A stretch of DNA of 32,474 nt, from the IMG/VR virus record IMGVR_UViG_3300032321_000801. One strand, written 5' to 3'. A model generated the notes under the pieces. That model was not told the origin of the DNA. It worked only from the letters and a program-made list of their open reading frames with translations, and did no database searches. Below are positions 8,089 to 16,310 of this stretch, in pieces. Both the position numbers and the translations under genes were made by a program. This DNA comes from an uncultured virus (IMG/VR IMGVR_UViG_3300032321_000801). Its lineage: Duplodnaviria; Heunggongvirae; Uroviricota; Caudoviricetes. How positions within the stretch are numbered: the first letter of the stretch is position 1; every line of letters starts with the position of its first letter.

Positions 8089-8358
8089 ATGCCCTCAAAC
8101 TTAATTATCCCAGCACATATCGCTAAAAATCTTGCTCAAGTCATTAGGACCTACTTCACTAACGCAGATAGCGAGGCTGTAGAGCGCCTTGAGATTCTTG
8201 AGGCGGTGGAACGAACCATGCACGATGTTCTGGTTGCCTCTGGCTCGGAGAAACTGGTTCAGGAATACGAGTGGCTCGACGGCAACCCCTATTACGTTCC
8301 GTTTAAAATGGACGAAGACCCGTTTGAGTCGGAGACAAATGAGGGTTCTGTTCAGTAA
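8089..8358 (+). CDS. Hypothetical acidic protein, lone + strand gene
   Basis: Fills the gap in the - strand gene run, has its own -10 candidate and a natural amino-acid composition. Confidence 0.7.
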   Translation: MPSNLIIPAHIAKNLAQVIRTYFTNADSEAVERLEILEAVERTMHDVLVASGSEKLVQEYEWLDGNPYYVPFKMDEDPFESETNEGSVQ

Positions 8359-9352
8359 AGGCGCTTAGTAATCCGCCTGTAACTTCTTGAATCTTTTGGG
8401 CTTCAACCCTTGCTCCTGACGTTCCAAACCCAGAACGAGCGGCGTTGAGTTTCGCATTGCGCTGGTCAAGCCACATTGCGCCCAAGAAATCGCTCAATTT
8501 ATCTAGGTTTTCGGGCAACCCACCGCGTCCTTTTAGTCGCTCGTAGGGGGTGTAGGCTACCGCCTGGAGGTGTCGGTAACGCCCTGTATCGGTAATTCCA
8601 CGGGGTTCTGAGTAAGGAATATCGTGTTTCCCCACTACCAGGTCATAAACGTCGGCATCTGCGGGGTACGCTTCGTGCCTACCACCAGTAAAAATTTGTT
8701 GGGCTAGGTCAGCCGTTCTAAGTGAACCCGTAAATCTAATGGGGTTTTCTGGGTTTCCTTGAACTCTGGATTTACCAACGTTTTCTAACGGGTCAGTTCC
8801 TCTTCCCAGCATAAGTTGGACCGCCGTGCTGATGTGGTGCATCGGAATTAGTCCCAATGGCGTACCGTCAAATCCTGCGCGGCTTCGGTGCTGTTCAATT
8901 TGCGTTTGCAACCCCGCAATTTCTTCTGCGTGTGGAATCTTGCCCGCGCCTCTGGGACCAAGAAGTCCGTTAATCTTGGCTTGTTTCTTGTTGGCTTCGT
9001 TTATGTGCCACCGAGCGCGAGTATCGTCCATTACGTTTAACAATTGCAACGCCATTGCTCTGCCCATCGAGGGGTCTGTGCGTTGGGTACTTAAGTCAAC
9101 GCCAGGGTAAGACATCGGTGACGTTGCAAACGAGGCAAGAACAGAGGTGGCTGCTTTTGTATCAGGTAATCCTGCTTTTTCTGTTAGAAACTGAGCCGTT
9201 TCTGTCTGTGCAGGAATAATGTTAGAACCCTCAGTAATAAGCGACGGTTGTTCTTTAGATAGCGCGTTATACCCACGAACAATACGGTTTGAAATAGAAT
9301 CGTACTGTACCCCAGACGTCATTAAGAGGCGCTGTGTCTCTGATGCGGGCAC
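8303..9352 (-). CDS. Hypothetical protein, possibly a diverged helical DNA-glycosylase-like phage protein
   Basis: 349-aa ORF. The family call is weak and rests on motif order only (see findings). Confidence 0.6.
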   Translation of the reverse strand: MPASETQRLLMTSGVQYDSISNRIVRGYNALSKEQPSLITEGSNIIPAQTETAQFLTEKAGLPDTKAATSVLASFATSPMSYPGVDLSTQRTDPSMGRAMALQLLNVMDDTRARWHINEANKKQAKINGLLGPRGAGKIPHAEEIAGLQTQIEQHRSRAGFDGTPLGLIPMHHISTAVQLMLGRGTDPLENVGKSRVQGNPENPIRFTGSLRTADLAQQIFTGGRHEAYPADADVYDLVVGKHDIPYSEPRGITDTGRYRHLQAVAYTPYERLKGRGGLPENLDKLSDFLGAMWLDQRNAKLNAARSGFGTSGARVEAQKIQEVTGGLLSAFTEQNPHLSPTQTGLRPF

Positions 9353-9354
9353 AG

Positions 9355-9876
9355 TTACCTCCAGACAGGCTTCAGGTAAGCCATTCTGTCGGCTCGGTTA
9401 CGGTCCAGCGTTACAGGTTCGTTAGCGGTAGTGTTTGCCTTACCGTCGTTAACCAAGTGAGGAGCGGGCATCAAATCAAGGCGTGGTGCGGCACGTGGAA
9501 TCAAGAACTGCATTACGCCGTTGATATTGACGTACTGTGCCTTTTCTTGACGACGAATACCTGTCTGGTCCCCGAAACTGGGAGACCAAAAATAGGCGGA
9601 AGCATCAATGCGCTCACCCTTGTGTACGCCACGTTGGTAAGATTTCTGATTGACGCGGTTTTTAATACTGTCGAGAAGACGGTCATCACGACGTGAACGA
9701 ATAGTTCCTAAATAGCCATCGGGGTATTCCGCCGAAGGAACTCGTCCACTTCCAATTCGAATTGAATCAAGTTCGGAACGGGCAATCGGGACGCCGACGC
9801 CGCCCTGGTTGTTGTATCCGTTAAACCCGTTACCACCAAGAGACTGCCAGTTTTGTGCAGGACTCATGCCAGACAT
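9355..9876 (-). CDS. Hypothetical phage protein (PSAEYPDGYLGTIRSRR)
   Basis: TAATG coupling. Confidence 0.8.
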   Translation of the reverse strand: MSGMSPAQNWQSLGGNGFNGYNNQGGVGVPIARSELDSIRIGSGRVPSAEYPDGYLGTIRSRRDDRLLDSIKNRVNQKSYQRGVHKGERIDASAYFWSPSFGDQTGIRRQEKAQYVNINGVMQFLIPRAAPRLDLMPAPHLVNDGKANTTANEPVTLDRNRADRMAYLKPVWR

Positions 9877-10196
9877 TAGTACTGTCCCTCTGCTTGGGTT
9901 CCAATCAGGCTTGAACCAGTGCTAGAACCGCGAACCGTGCCCATCTGTCCCTTAGCCCACGGCTGGGGAATGGCGGTGCCGCGAGGGTTAGTGTGCCAAA
10001 TCATGGCACGAGAACTTGTTGACGAACTAAACGAACCGTAAGGGTCTGTGCCACCTGATTCGTTAGCGCCCTTAACCGTGTCGGGAATCATTGAAGAAAC
10101 GGGCATTTCTGGCGTACCAAATTTAAGGGATTGTTCTGCCCGCTCTCGCATGGCTCTAAACCCCTTGGTTACGCCTCCACTAAGGACGTCTCCCAT
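9876..10196 (-). CDS. Hypothetical Gly/Ser-rich protein
   Basis: AAGGGG RBS; tiles the operon. Confidence 0.7.
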   Translation of the reverse strand: MGDVLSGGVTKGFRAMRERAEQSLKFGTPEMPVSSMIPDTVKGANESGGTDPYGSFSSSTSSRAMIWHTNPRGTAIPQPWAKGQMGTVRGSSTGSSLIGTQAEGQY

Positions 10197-10205
10197 GATT
10201 ACCCC

Positions 10206-10694
10206 TTAAATGTAGGAGTACTGTTCGCCACTCTGGAAGTTAGGGTTCTGACGACCTGCAACCGAAGGAACGATAGCACCGTTTGCTTGAGTGGGTCCAA
10301 CCGATGGGTCGATAACCGCACCGTACTGTGCGTCAACGCGGTACTGTGCGCCCATACGCTCGTAGACGTTGACGCGGTTCTGCTTCGAACCAGGGTACGT
10401 CGGGTCGCCAGCCTGAGTGTTGTGGCGCGGCATCATCATTCCAGAGAACTGGTTTGTACCAAGTTCATCGGTCGAGTTACTGCACTGGCAAGGCGCTGAA
10501 CCGCACATTCCGCACGGAGCATAAGCGTCCATGCCCATTGGAACTCGTGCGCTGTCCATCTGTCCAGCCATTTCGTGTGCCTCGTCTGAGGTAATGTGTG
10601 AACGGTTCATTCCTGCTCCTGCTGCTTCAAGGTGATTGGAAGGCAGTCCTGCACGTCGACGCGCATTGTGACCTTTACTTGCCCAACTTGCCAT
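10206..10694 (-). CDS. Hypothetical protein with CxxCxxxxCxC knot
   Basis: TAGGAG RBS; CGMCGSAPCQC; TACTCT -10 candidate upstream. Confidence 0.75.
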   Translation of the reverse strand: MASWASKGHNARRRAGLPSNHLEAAGAGMNRSHITSDEAHEMAGQMDSARVPMGMDAYAPCGMCGSAPCQCSNSTDELGTNQFSGMMMPRHNTQAGDPTYPGSKQNRVNVYERMGAQYRVDAQYGAVIDPSVGPTQANGAIVPSVAGRQNPNFQSGEQYSYI

Positions 10695-10733
10695 TGGGAA
10701 CTCCTAACTCTATACTTCTAGAGTACGCGGTTT

Positions 10734-11021
10734 TTAACTGGTTGTCACCACAAACACCATTGCACTAATGTCACCTTCACGCGAATCGATTGTTGTGAAA
10801 GCGGGTACGCAACTTAGGTCAAACCCGCGAGGGGCTACATATCCACGTGCGATTGCAATGGCTTTTACTGCTTGATTTACGGCTCCTGCGCCAACTGCAC
10901 GGAGTGTTGCCGTATTCTTTTCATAAACCGCGTGTGCGATTGCGGATGCTACGGATTGGGGGTTAGAACTGCCGCTGACACGCAGCAAAGTTTCTTCTGA
11001 TGGTATTTCGGGGGTAGTCAC
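10734..11021 (-). CDS. spoVS: SpoVS-family (Alba-fold) protein
   Basis: LRVSGSSNPQSVASAIA...AVGAGAVNQAVKAIAIARGYVAP...PAF...ISAMVFVV, the full SpoVS signature. Confidence 0.93.
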   Translation of the reverse strand: MTTPEIPSEETLLRVSGSSNPQSVASAIAHAVYEKNTATLRAVGAGAVNQAVKAIAIARGYVAPRGFDLSCVPAFTTIDSREGDISAMVFVVTTS

Positions 11022-11067
11022 GAGATGTATTCCTTATTATTGTAGGCTGCCCACCTCACTAACAATG

Positions 11068-11640
11068 TTACAGATACATTACTATGTTGTCTCGATATTT
11101 CTCGTCTTCTAACTGAACTAAAATAGCCTCTTCAATTGAGTTAATTGCGACTTTACCCGCGATTCTTCCGAGACCATATGCGTCGGCGGCGTTGTCATCG
11201 TTGAACTCCATGCCGTATCTTTTGTAAATTTGCAATAACATTTCTTGTTTTTTTGAATTTCCCTTGCCCGATGCGAACTTCTTTAGGGTCATTGGAGGAA
11301 CCTGTAGCGGGGCAAGATTGAACTCCGTGTACAAACACAACTTGACAGTGGCGCTAAGTTCCCCAAGAACTAGCGCAGACTGGCTTGCTAGGACGGTTCC
11401 TTCCATTGCCACGTCTTGAACTTCGTACAGTTCTAAAAACACTTTGAGTGCAAGGTAAATGTCGTGTAAACGAACCACTCCTCGAAAAGCGCTCTTAAAT
11501 ACCACCGTGTGATGTTGCGTAGGGTCTTCGGTACTAACGGCGGACATCGCAAACCCAGTTAGAGATTGGTCTATTCCAATACCTACTTTAGTTTGATTCG
11601 GCAATAGATTCCCAAACGTCTTCATCGTGCTTGCGGGCAT
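11068..11640 (-). CDS. ruvC: RuvC-like Holliday junction resolvase
   Basis: [27 protein letters not shown] and DDNAADAYG motifs. Confidence 0.9.
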   Translation of the reverse strand: MPASTMKTFGNLLPNQTKVGIGIDQSLTGFAMSAVSTEDPTQHHTVVFKSAFRGVVRLHDIYLALKVFLELYEVQDVAMEGTVLASQSALVLGELSATVKLCLYTEFNLAPLQVPPMTLKKFASGKGNSKKQEMLLQIYKRYGMEFNDDNAADAYGLGRIAGKVAINSIEEAILVQLEDEKYRDNIVMYL

Positions 11641-12061
11641 TGAACTCTCCTGTCTGTAAATCTAATTTACCTGAGGCAACCATTGGTCCAACGTCATTCA
11701 TAATTTCTAATGCATAATGCCAAAGGTCGATTACTCGTTGTCCCGATGGTTGGGAAGTGTTCCAGAGTTCTAGGTTTTCAATCCTGTTATCTGTTTTGTT
11801 TCCGTTTTTATGATGAACGTTTTCATACGGCTGTAAGGGACGACCAAGAAATTCTTCCAAAACTACGCGGTGTTGCTTTTCTTGCTTGCCCATTCTAGTG
11901 CGAACTAAATACCCGCGTGTGCTAACCGACCATTCACCGTAATTATAGGTTCGAAGAGGGTGCATTTCCTGACCTAAACGGTGCTGTCGGTAGTGGCTTT
12001 CGCAGTATTCCTTTACCTTAGACGGGTTGGAACACCCTTCAAATTTACAGGGGAATATCAT
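11588..12061 (-). CDS. HNH homing endonuclease with N-terminal Cys/His finger
   Basis: CKFEGC...[19 protein letters not shown]...[19 protein letters not shown]. Confidence 0.92.
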   Translation of the reverse strand: MIFPCKFEGCSNPSKVKEYCESHYRQHRLGQEMHPLRTYNYGEWSVSTRGYLVRTRMGKQEKQHRVVLEEFLGRPLQPYENVHHKNGNKTDNRIENLELWNTSQPSGQRVIDLWHYALEIMNDVGPMVASGKLDLQTGEFNARKHDEDVWESIAESN

Positions 12062-12176
12062 GACAATCGCAGAAACACACGTCTACGGCTCCAAGAACAA
12101 CGGTTGAGTGGTATTCGTATGGGCAATCTTCACAATGACGTTTACCCATACACCAACCAAGTGGGTACTTGGACAC
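12045..12176 (-). CDS. 43-aa Cys/His-rich miniprotein ([19 protein letters not shown]...[10 protein letters not shown])
   Basis: Translated by hand; GTG 1 nt after the upstream stop; paralogue of 120-260. Confidence 0.75.
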   Translation of the reverse strand: MSKYPLGWCMGKRHCEDCPYEYHSTVVLGAVDVCFCDCHDIPL

Positions 12177-12177
12177 T

Positions 12178-12642
12178 TTAGAATCCGTAATCTTTTCTCA
12201 CCGCCCGTTGGTCGTTAGTGCGACGAGTAATCTCTCGGCTAACCAACGACAAGTCGCGTTCATGGTTACTCAATAACATTTCAACAAGTTTACGATATTG
12301 GTACTTTTCTTCCAAAACTTGCGCCAGTTCCTGCACCTTAGGGTCAATCGTAACTTGTGCTTTAACCAAAGTAATGCGTTCTCCACGAGCGGCGTTACCC
12401 ATTTTTTGAACTAATAGGGTATTTTCTACTACGTCTAATTGACGAGTTGCTGTGCGTTCTTCGACCTGGGCAAGGGCAAGTTGAGACGCAATGTAATCTG
12501 CCCAGGCGGTTAATTGAGAAAACTTTTCTGCCAACTGTTCGGACGACAACAGGGTAATGTCAGCGGGCATAACAACTTGGTCTAAGTCTGGCTTGTTAAA
12601 CGAAAGTCCAAACTGGGAAAACTTTTCAAGAACGGCTGTCAT
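12178..12642 (-). CDS. All-helical protein, possible UvsY-like recombination mediator
   Basis: Start moved to MTAVLEK (AAGGAAG upstream). Coiled-coil character and position in the recombination block; function inferred. Confidence 0.55.
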   Translation of the reverse strand: MTAVLEKFSQFGLSFNKPDLDQVVMPADITLLSSEQLAEKFSQLTAWADYIASQLALAQVEERTATRQLDVVENTLLVQKMGNAARGERITLVKAQVTIDPKVQELAQVLEEKYQYRKLVEMLLSNHERDLSLVSREITRRTNDQRAVRKDYGF

Positions 12643-13498
12643 TATCTTCTTCCTTGTATTTGGAACAAGACGGGCAACTTCCCGACTTGCTGTTGCTACA
12701 CGCAACTTCTTCTCCTGTTTCAATCGCTTTTACGATACGTTCTGCGTTATCAAAAATGTGACGGACGAGTTCGAAATCTGCTTGGACAGTGAACTCTTTC
12801 ATCGACTGGTCTGCTTTAAGTTCGTAAATAAACACAATCTCGTCAACAGGATTACCCATTCGTTTCATAAGTTCGAGGTAAATCTGTCCTTGCAAAATGT
12901 GCGGTGAGAAGGGTGTTTTTACTAACTGGAACGCCTTCATAAAGTCCCCGTCTGCTTCGCGCATAAGGTGACCTGCTTCGAATCGAATGGTTCCAGGACC
13001 GATTGTCTTGATTTCAATAAGGCAGTCTTTATCGATGCCTTTAATCCAACCATCGGTGTGACCCTTGATACGAAGTTCGTCATCGTGCAAAGTCACTTCG
13101 TCGTACACAAGTTTGTACGCAGGGGCAGAACAATGCTCACACGCTTCAGGAGAAGTCCCAAACGTGGTTTTATCACACGCAAGGCACTTGAACTTTCCGT
13201 GAAGAACTCCCATGTCCTGGAAATACTTCTGCCACTTTGCGTGTACCGCGTGTCCCGTATCAAAAATTGACTGAAGTTTAAAGGTAGGTTTGGTTTGTTT
13301 TTTGGTAAACCCTCGAAGAAGAAACCAAGATTCCCGAAGACACCAGTCAAACTTTGTCATCTCAGAGGGGTGCAGTACCGTTGTGCTGCGGTCTCCCACG
13401 GGCTGCGCCAACAAGTGCCGCTCTATGTCTCCAAGAAGACGTGAGGGCTTGTTTTTAGCGCTCAGGTATCGTTGAAGTTCTGACTTTTCCGTTGCCAT
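12626..13498 (-). CDS. Cas4/RecB-like PD-(D/E)xK exonuclease
   Basis: HPSEM...C, GHAVH, GHTDG...LIEIKT, QGQIY, C-terminal Cx6Cx2C, inserted CxxC...CxxC ribbon. Confidence 0.88.
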   Translation of the reverse strand: MATEKSELQRYLSAKNKPSRLLGDIERHLLAQPVGDRSTTVLHPSEMTKFDWCLRESWFLLRGFTKKQTKPTFKLQSIFDTGHAVHAKWQKYFQDMGVLHGKFKCLACDKTTFGTSPEACEHCSAPAYKLVYDEVTLHDDELRIKGHTDGWIKGIDKDCLIEIKTIGPGTIRFEAGHLMREADGDFMKAFQLVKTPFSPHILQGQIYLELMKRMGNPVDEIVFIYELKADQSMKEFTVQADFELVRHIFDNAERIVKAIETGEEVACSNSKSGSCPSCSKYKEEDNDSRS

Positions 13499-13835
13499 AC
13501 TTACCCTCCGTTAGTGACAAAATGTACTCTTCGAGACTCATTTTATGTTTAAAATCTCTTTGCCATTTTCTTACTCTGGCGTTACGTTCTCTGTGACTTA
13601 GACCGCCCCAGATTCCATGTTCTTGTTCAAATTCTACTGCATACCACAGGCACTTGTTACGGACGGGGCAAGCGGGTGTGTCGTCTGTCCCAAAACAATA
13701 CTCTCGCGCTCTGTCTGCTATTTTGTTATACATCTCTTTATCCCTAGGAGGGAAAAACAAATCGGTATTTGGACCAAACTCAGTTAGGTTGGAGTTTTTG
13801 CAAGCGGCGTCTTCTCGCCAACCATCATTTAGCAT
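13455..13835 (-). CDS. whiB: Second WhiB-family transcription factor
   Basis: WREDAAC...DLFFP...AREYC...CPVRNKCL.YA...HGIWGGLSHRER. Confidence 0.93.
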   Translation of the reverse strand: MLNDGWREDAACKNSNLTEFGPNTDLFFPPRDKEMYNKIADRAREYCFGTDDTPACPVRNKCLWYAVEFEQEHGIWGGLSHRERNARVRKWQRDFKHKMSLEEYILSLTEGKYGNGKVRTSTIPER

Positions 13836-14139
13836 CGTTGCGCCACATCTCTAAGAAATCAGTTTCAAGAAGAATAACGTAATCAACTCCATCAAGATGA
13901 ATACCAAATACAGGGAGGCGACCGTCCATAATCGCTTCGTTAGTGATTTTTTTGAGTTCAGCAGAACTGATGGTCTTAGTTTTTTTGCCTGTCCACTTAT
14001 GTTCAATAAGAAGGTCTTCATTGCGGACATCCCCCTTTCTAGACCAGAATGCTCCAGAGGCGGCAGTTGTTGAACCGCCTACTTCTTTTGCCAATCGTTT
14101 TTCATGTTTTTGGGATTGTTTCTGTCCCTCAGTCTTCAA
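13825..14139 (-). CDS. Hjc-type (PD-(D/E)xK) Holliday junction resolvase-like nuclease
   Basis: HEKRLAK...ASGA...KGDVR...LIEHK. Probable TTG start at 14139 (ORF track gives 14193). Confidence 0.75.
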   Translation of the reverse strand: MKTEGQKQSQKHEKRLAKEVGGSTTAASGAFWSRKGDVRNEDLLIEHKWTGKKTKTISSAELKKITNEAIMDGRLPVFGIHLDGVDYVILLETDFLEMWRNDAK

Positions 14140-14374
14140 GGGAAATCTTTCCCTCTTTGTATCCTCGTATGATGTACGGTGCGAGAAAAACAATTGTTTC
14201 TCTCATGTGGCAGGTGTTGCACCCACAGAACGGCTCACCAGAAAGGGTTTCGCCCGTTTCTTCGCCTTCTTCATCATCTAAAATGCTGAACAGAACATCT
14301 TGGTATTCATCAAATTTTTCTTCGATGGTTTCCATCCATTCTGCATCGTTAAGAATGAGACCATTAATCGACAT
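14129..14374 (-). CDS. Small acidic protein with CxCxxC
   Basis: FCGCNTCH; GAGG RBS. Confidence 0.75.
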   Translation of the reverse strand: MSINGLILNDAEWMETIEEKFDEYQDVLFSILDDEEGEETGETLSGEPFCGCNTCHMRETIVFLAPYIIRGYKEGKISLED

Positions 14375-15416
14375 TTGCTACCTCTTCCAAAATTGAACGA
14401 CCTGCTTCGAGCACTTTGTCCCGAAGTTCTTCGAATAAATCAAACTCTTCACGGATAGTTTGCGTAAACGCTTCGTTTCCATTCCACTTTCGTTCTCCGT
14501 GGTAAATCCAGCCTCCACGTCGTTCGACAATGTCCTGAATAATGGACATGGCGGCAACTTCTTTTGCTATGTCGTAATCTCCAGAATCGTAAATGCTGTG
14601 CGCCTTGAAATAAAAGTCTACATACGCAACTTGCTGAGGCGGTGCAGTCTTATTCTTGATGGTACGAATTTTGATGCGCTGTCCTACTCGCGCCTTGCTC
14701 GTTCCTGTGCCCGCTTCAATCCACTCGTCACGGCGGACTTCACAGCGAGTAAAGAACGCATAGTTCTTTCCTTCTCCGCCAGGAGTGGTACGGGGGTCTC
14801 CGTGCATTACGCCAATTTTCATGCGGTACTGGTTAATGACAATACCAAGAATGGGTCGTTCGTCCTCCGTGAGGGAACGTTTCATCGCCATTCCTGCCTT
14901 GCGGAAAAACTTATTGGTCAACATTGCTCCGCGACCAACGGTCAATTCGTCCATTGCTTTTTCATTCTCAGGACCAGGAACCAACGCGGGAAGGGAGTCA
15001 ATAACTATTGCGTCAACTTGTTTGGTTTCTGCAAATTCAATGACCGCCTGGTATGCTTCCTCCATGATGTTGGTTTCAACTACGATGACACGCGACGAAT
15101 CAACGCCGCACATCTCTGCGTATTCGGGAACCCACTGTTCCGCAGCAACCCAGACGGTCAAAAAGTCGGGATTCTTTGCTTGGTTAGCCGCGATGCACTT
15201 GAGCGCAACGGCGGTCTTACCGTGCGATGCTTCCCCAATAAGTTCGTTCCATTGGTTGGCGGGGAACCCTCCGCCAAGAACATAATCAAAGGTGGTTGAA
15301 CCAGTTGTAAAATGAGAAACCAATCCTTCGCGGATGTCTTCGCCCATTACAACGGCGTCATATCCCATTTTTTTATTAAGTTTTGTGATAAGTGTCTTAA
15401 GTTCAGCGGTGAGCAC
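14364..15416 (-). CDS. recA: RecA-like recombinase
   Basis: Walker A GEASHGKT, IVIDSL, INQYRMKIGVMHGDPRTTPGG, KNKTAPP. Start moved to GTG 15416 (AAAGGA RBS). Confidence 0.95.
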   Translation of the reverse strand: MLTAELKTLITKLNKKMGYDAVVMGEDIREGLVSHFTTGSTTFDYVLGGGFPANQWNELIGEASHGKTAVALKCIAANQAKNPDFLTVWVAAEQWVPEYAEMCGVDSSRVIVVETNIMEEAYQAVIEFAETKQVDAIVIDSLPALVPGPENEKAMDELTVGRGAMLTNKFFRKAGMAMKRSLTEDERPILGIVINQYRMKIGVMHGDPRTTPGGEGKNYAFFTRCEVRRDEWIEAGTGTSKARVGQRIKIRTIKNKTAPPQQVAYVDFYFKAHSIYDSGDYDIAKEVAAMSIIQDIVERRGGWIYHGERKWNGNEAFTQTIREEFDLFEELRDKVLEAGRSILEEVANVD

Positions 15417-15531
15417 GGCGTTCCTTTTTGTCCATCCATTCGCGGGCTTCCACAACCATAGGGTGGGTGCACTCGTCGTCAAGAATGTCCATCAAAGCCT
15501 GTGCGTATCCTTCTGCGTATTCGGTGTTCAC
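15403..15531 (-). CDS. 42-aa hypothetical protein (MNTEYAEGYAQALMDIL...)
   Basis: Translated by hand; TAGTG coupling; fills the gap before recA. Confidence 0.55.
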   Translation of the reverse strand: MNTEYAEGYAQALMDILDDECTHPMVVEAREWMDKKERRAHR

Positions 15532-15914
15532 TATTGAATCCTTCCGATGATTCCTTGTGGGTTGTAATTGTTTGCGGTGTTGTTCCCTTGAGCCTGAGTA
15601 GTACCGCCCTCTACTGTTGCTACAGAAAGACTACCATACTTACTCCCTGACTGAGAAACGGGGTACCCACAGTTGTAACAGCGTGGCGCAGAGTTTTGAA
15701 ATGCAAAGAAATTTTCTGAACCACAATCTGGGCATAGTTGATTCTCGCGGGATGATTGCGCCTTTGCGGATGGGTCAGCAGACTGTTGAAAAATTGGGAG
15801 TTCCGCCATAGGTTGCTGCGATGGGGGCATGGTGGGAGTTGGGTCAGGACGAACTTGGGAAACAGGGGCGTTATTGCCCATTTTCTTAGCAAACCAATCG
15901 GCAGAGTTAGTCAT
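15531..15914 (-). CDS. Zinc-ribbon protein
   Basis: CPDCGS...CYNCGY; GGAG RBS. Confidence 0.8.
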   Translation of the reverse strand: MTNSADWFAKKMGNNAPVSQVRPDPTPTMPPSQQPMAELPIFQQSADPSAKAQSSRENQLCPDCGSENFFAFQNSAPRCYNCGYPVSQSGSKYGSLSVATVEGGTTQAQGNNTANNYNPQGIIGRIQ

Positions 15915-16150
15915 TTTTTTCTCCCAAAAGCAAAATACAGTCCCACAAGTACAAAGAAGGTTTGGATAACAATCCCAACAAGATATCCGACAATGATGAA
16001 ACTAACGTACATTGCAGCAGACCCGCCAATTGCAATAATTAACGTTTCTAAAACATTTCTGCCAAACGTAACCCCAAGTGTTGTCCCAACAATCAGTGAA
16101 ACAAAAGCAAGAAATGCGATAACAACTTTACCCCGCGTCTTCGGTTCCAT
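15911..16150 (-). CDS. Small membrane protein (2-3 TM)
   Basis: Long hydrophobic stretches; AGGAGG RBS. Confidence 0.75.
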   Translation of the reverse strand: MEPKTRGKVVIAFLAFVSLIVGTTLGVTFGRNVLETLIIAIGGSAAMYVSFIIVGYLVGIVIQTFFVLVGLYFAFGRKK

Positions 16151-16310
16151 AAATATTCACGCCTCCTAATGTGTCGGTGATAATCCAGTAAATGGCGGAT
16201 GCCATTGCAGCCTCGCCCCGTTCAAAGTCGTCCATGTCTAATCGATTGCACGGCTCTTCAATATAGTCGACTACTTTAGACAGTGCCTCTGCCAATAAGT
16301 TGTTGTCCAT
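16128..16310 (-). CDS. Hypothetical protein
   Basis: TAATG coupling; AAGGGG RBS. Confidence 0.65.
   Translation of the reverse strand: MDNNLLAEALSKVVDYIEEPCNRLDMDDFERGEAAMASAIYWIITDTLGGVNIYGTEDAG

Noticed and set aside
12626..13498. CRISPR-Cas system suggested by the Cas4-like gene
   Set aside because: No repeat-spacer array or other cas genes seen; solo Cas4-like nucleases are common in phage recombination modules.
14460..15299. 279-aa and 166-aa + strand ORFs, and similar antisense ORFs elsewhere in the track
   Set aside because: Antisense shadows of recA and other well-supported genes; no motifs or RBS.
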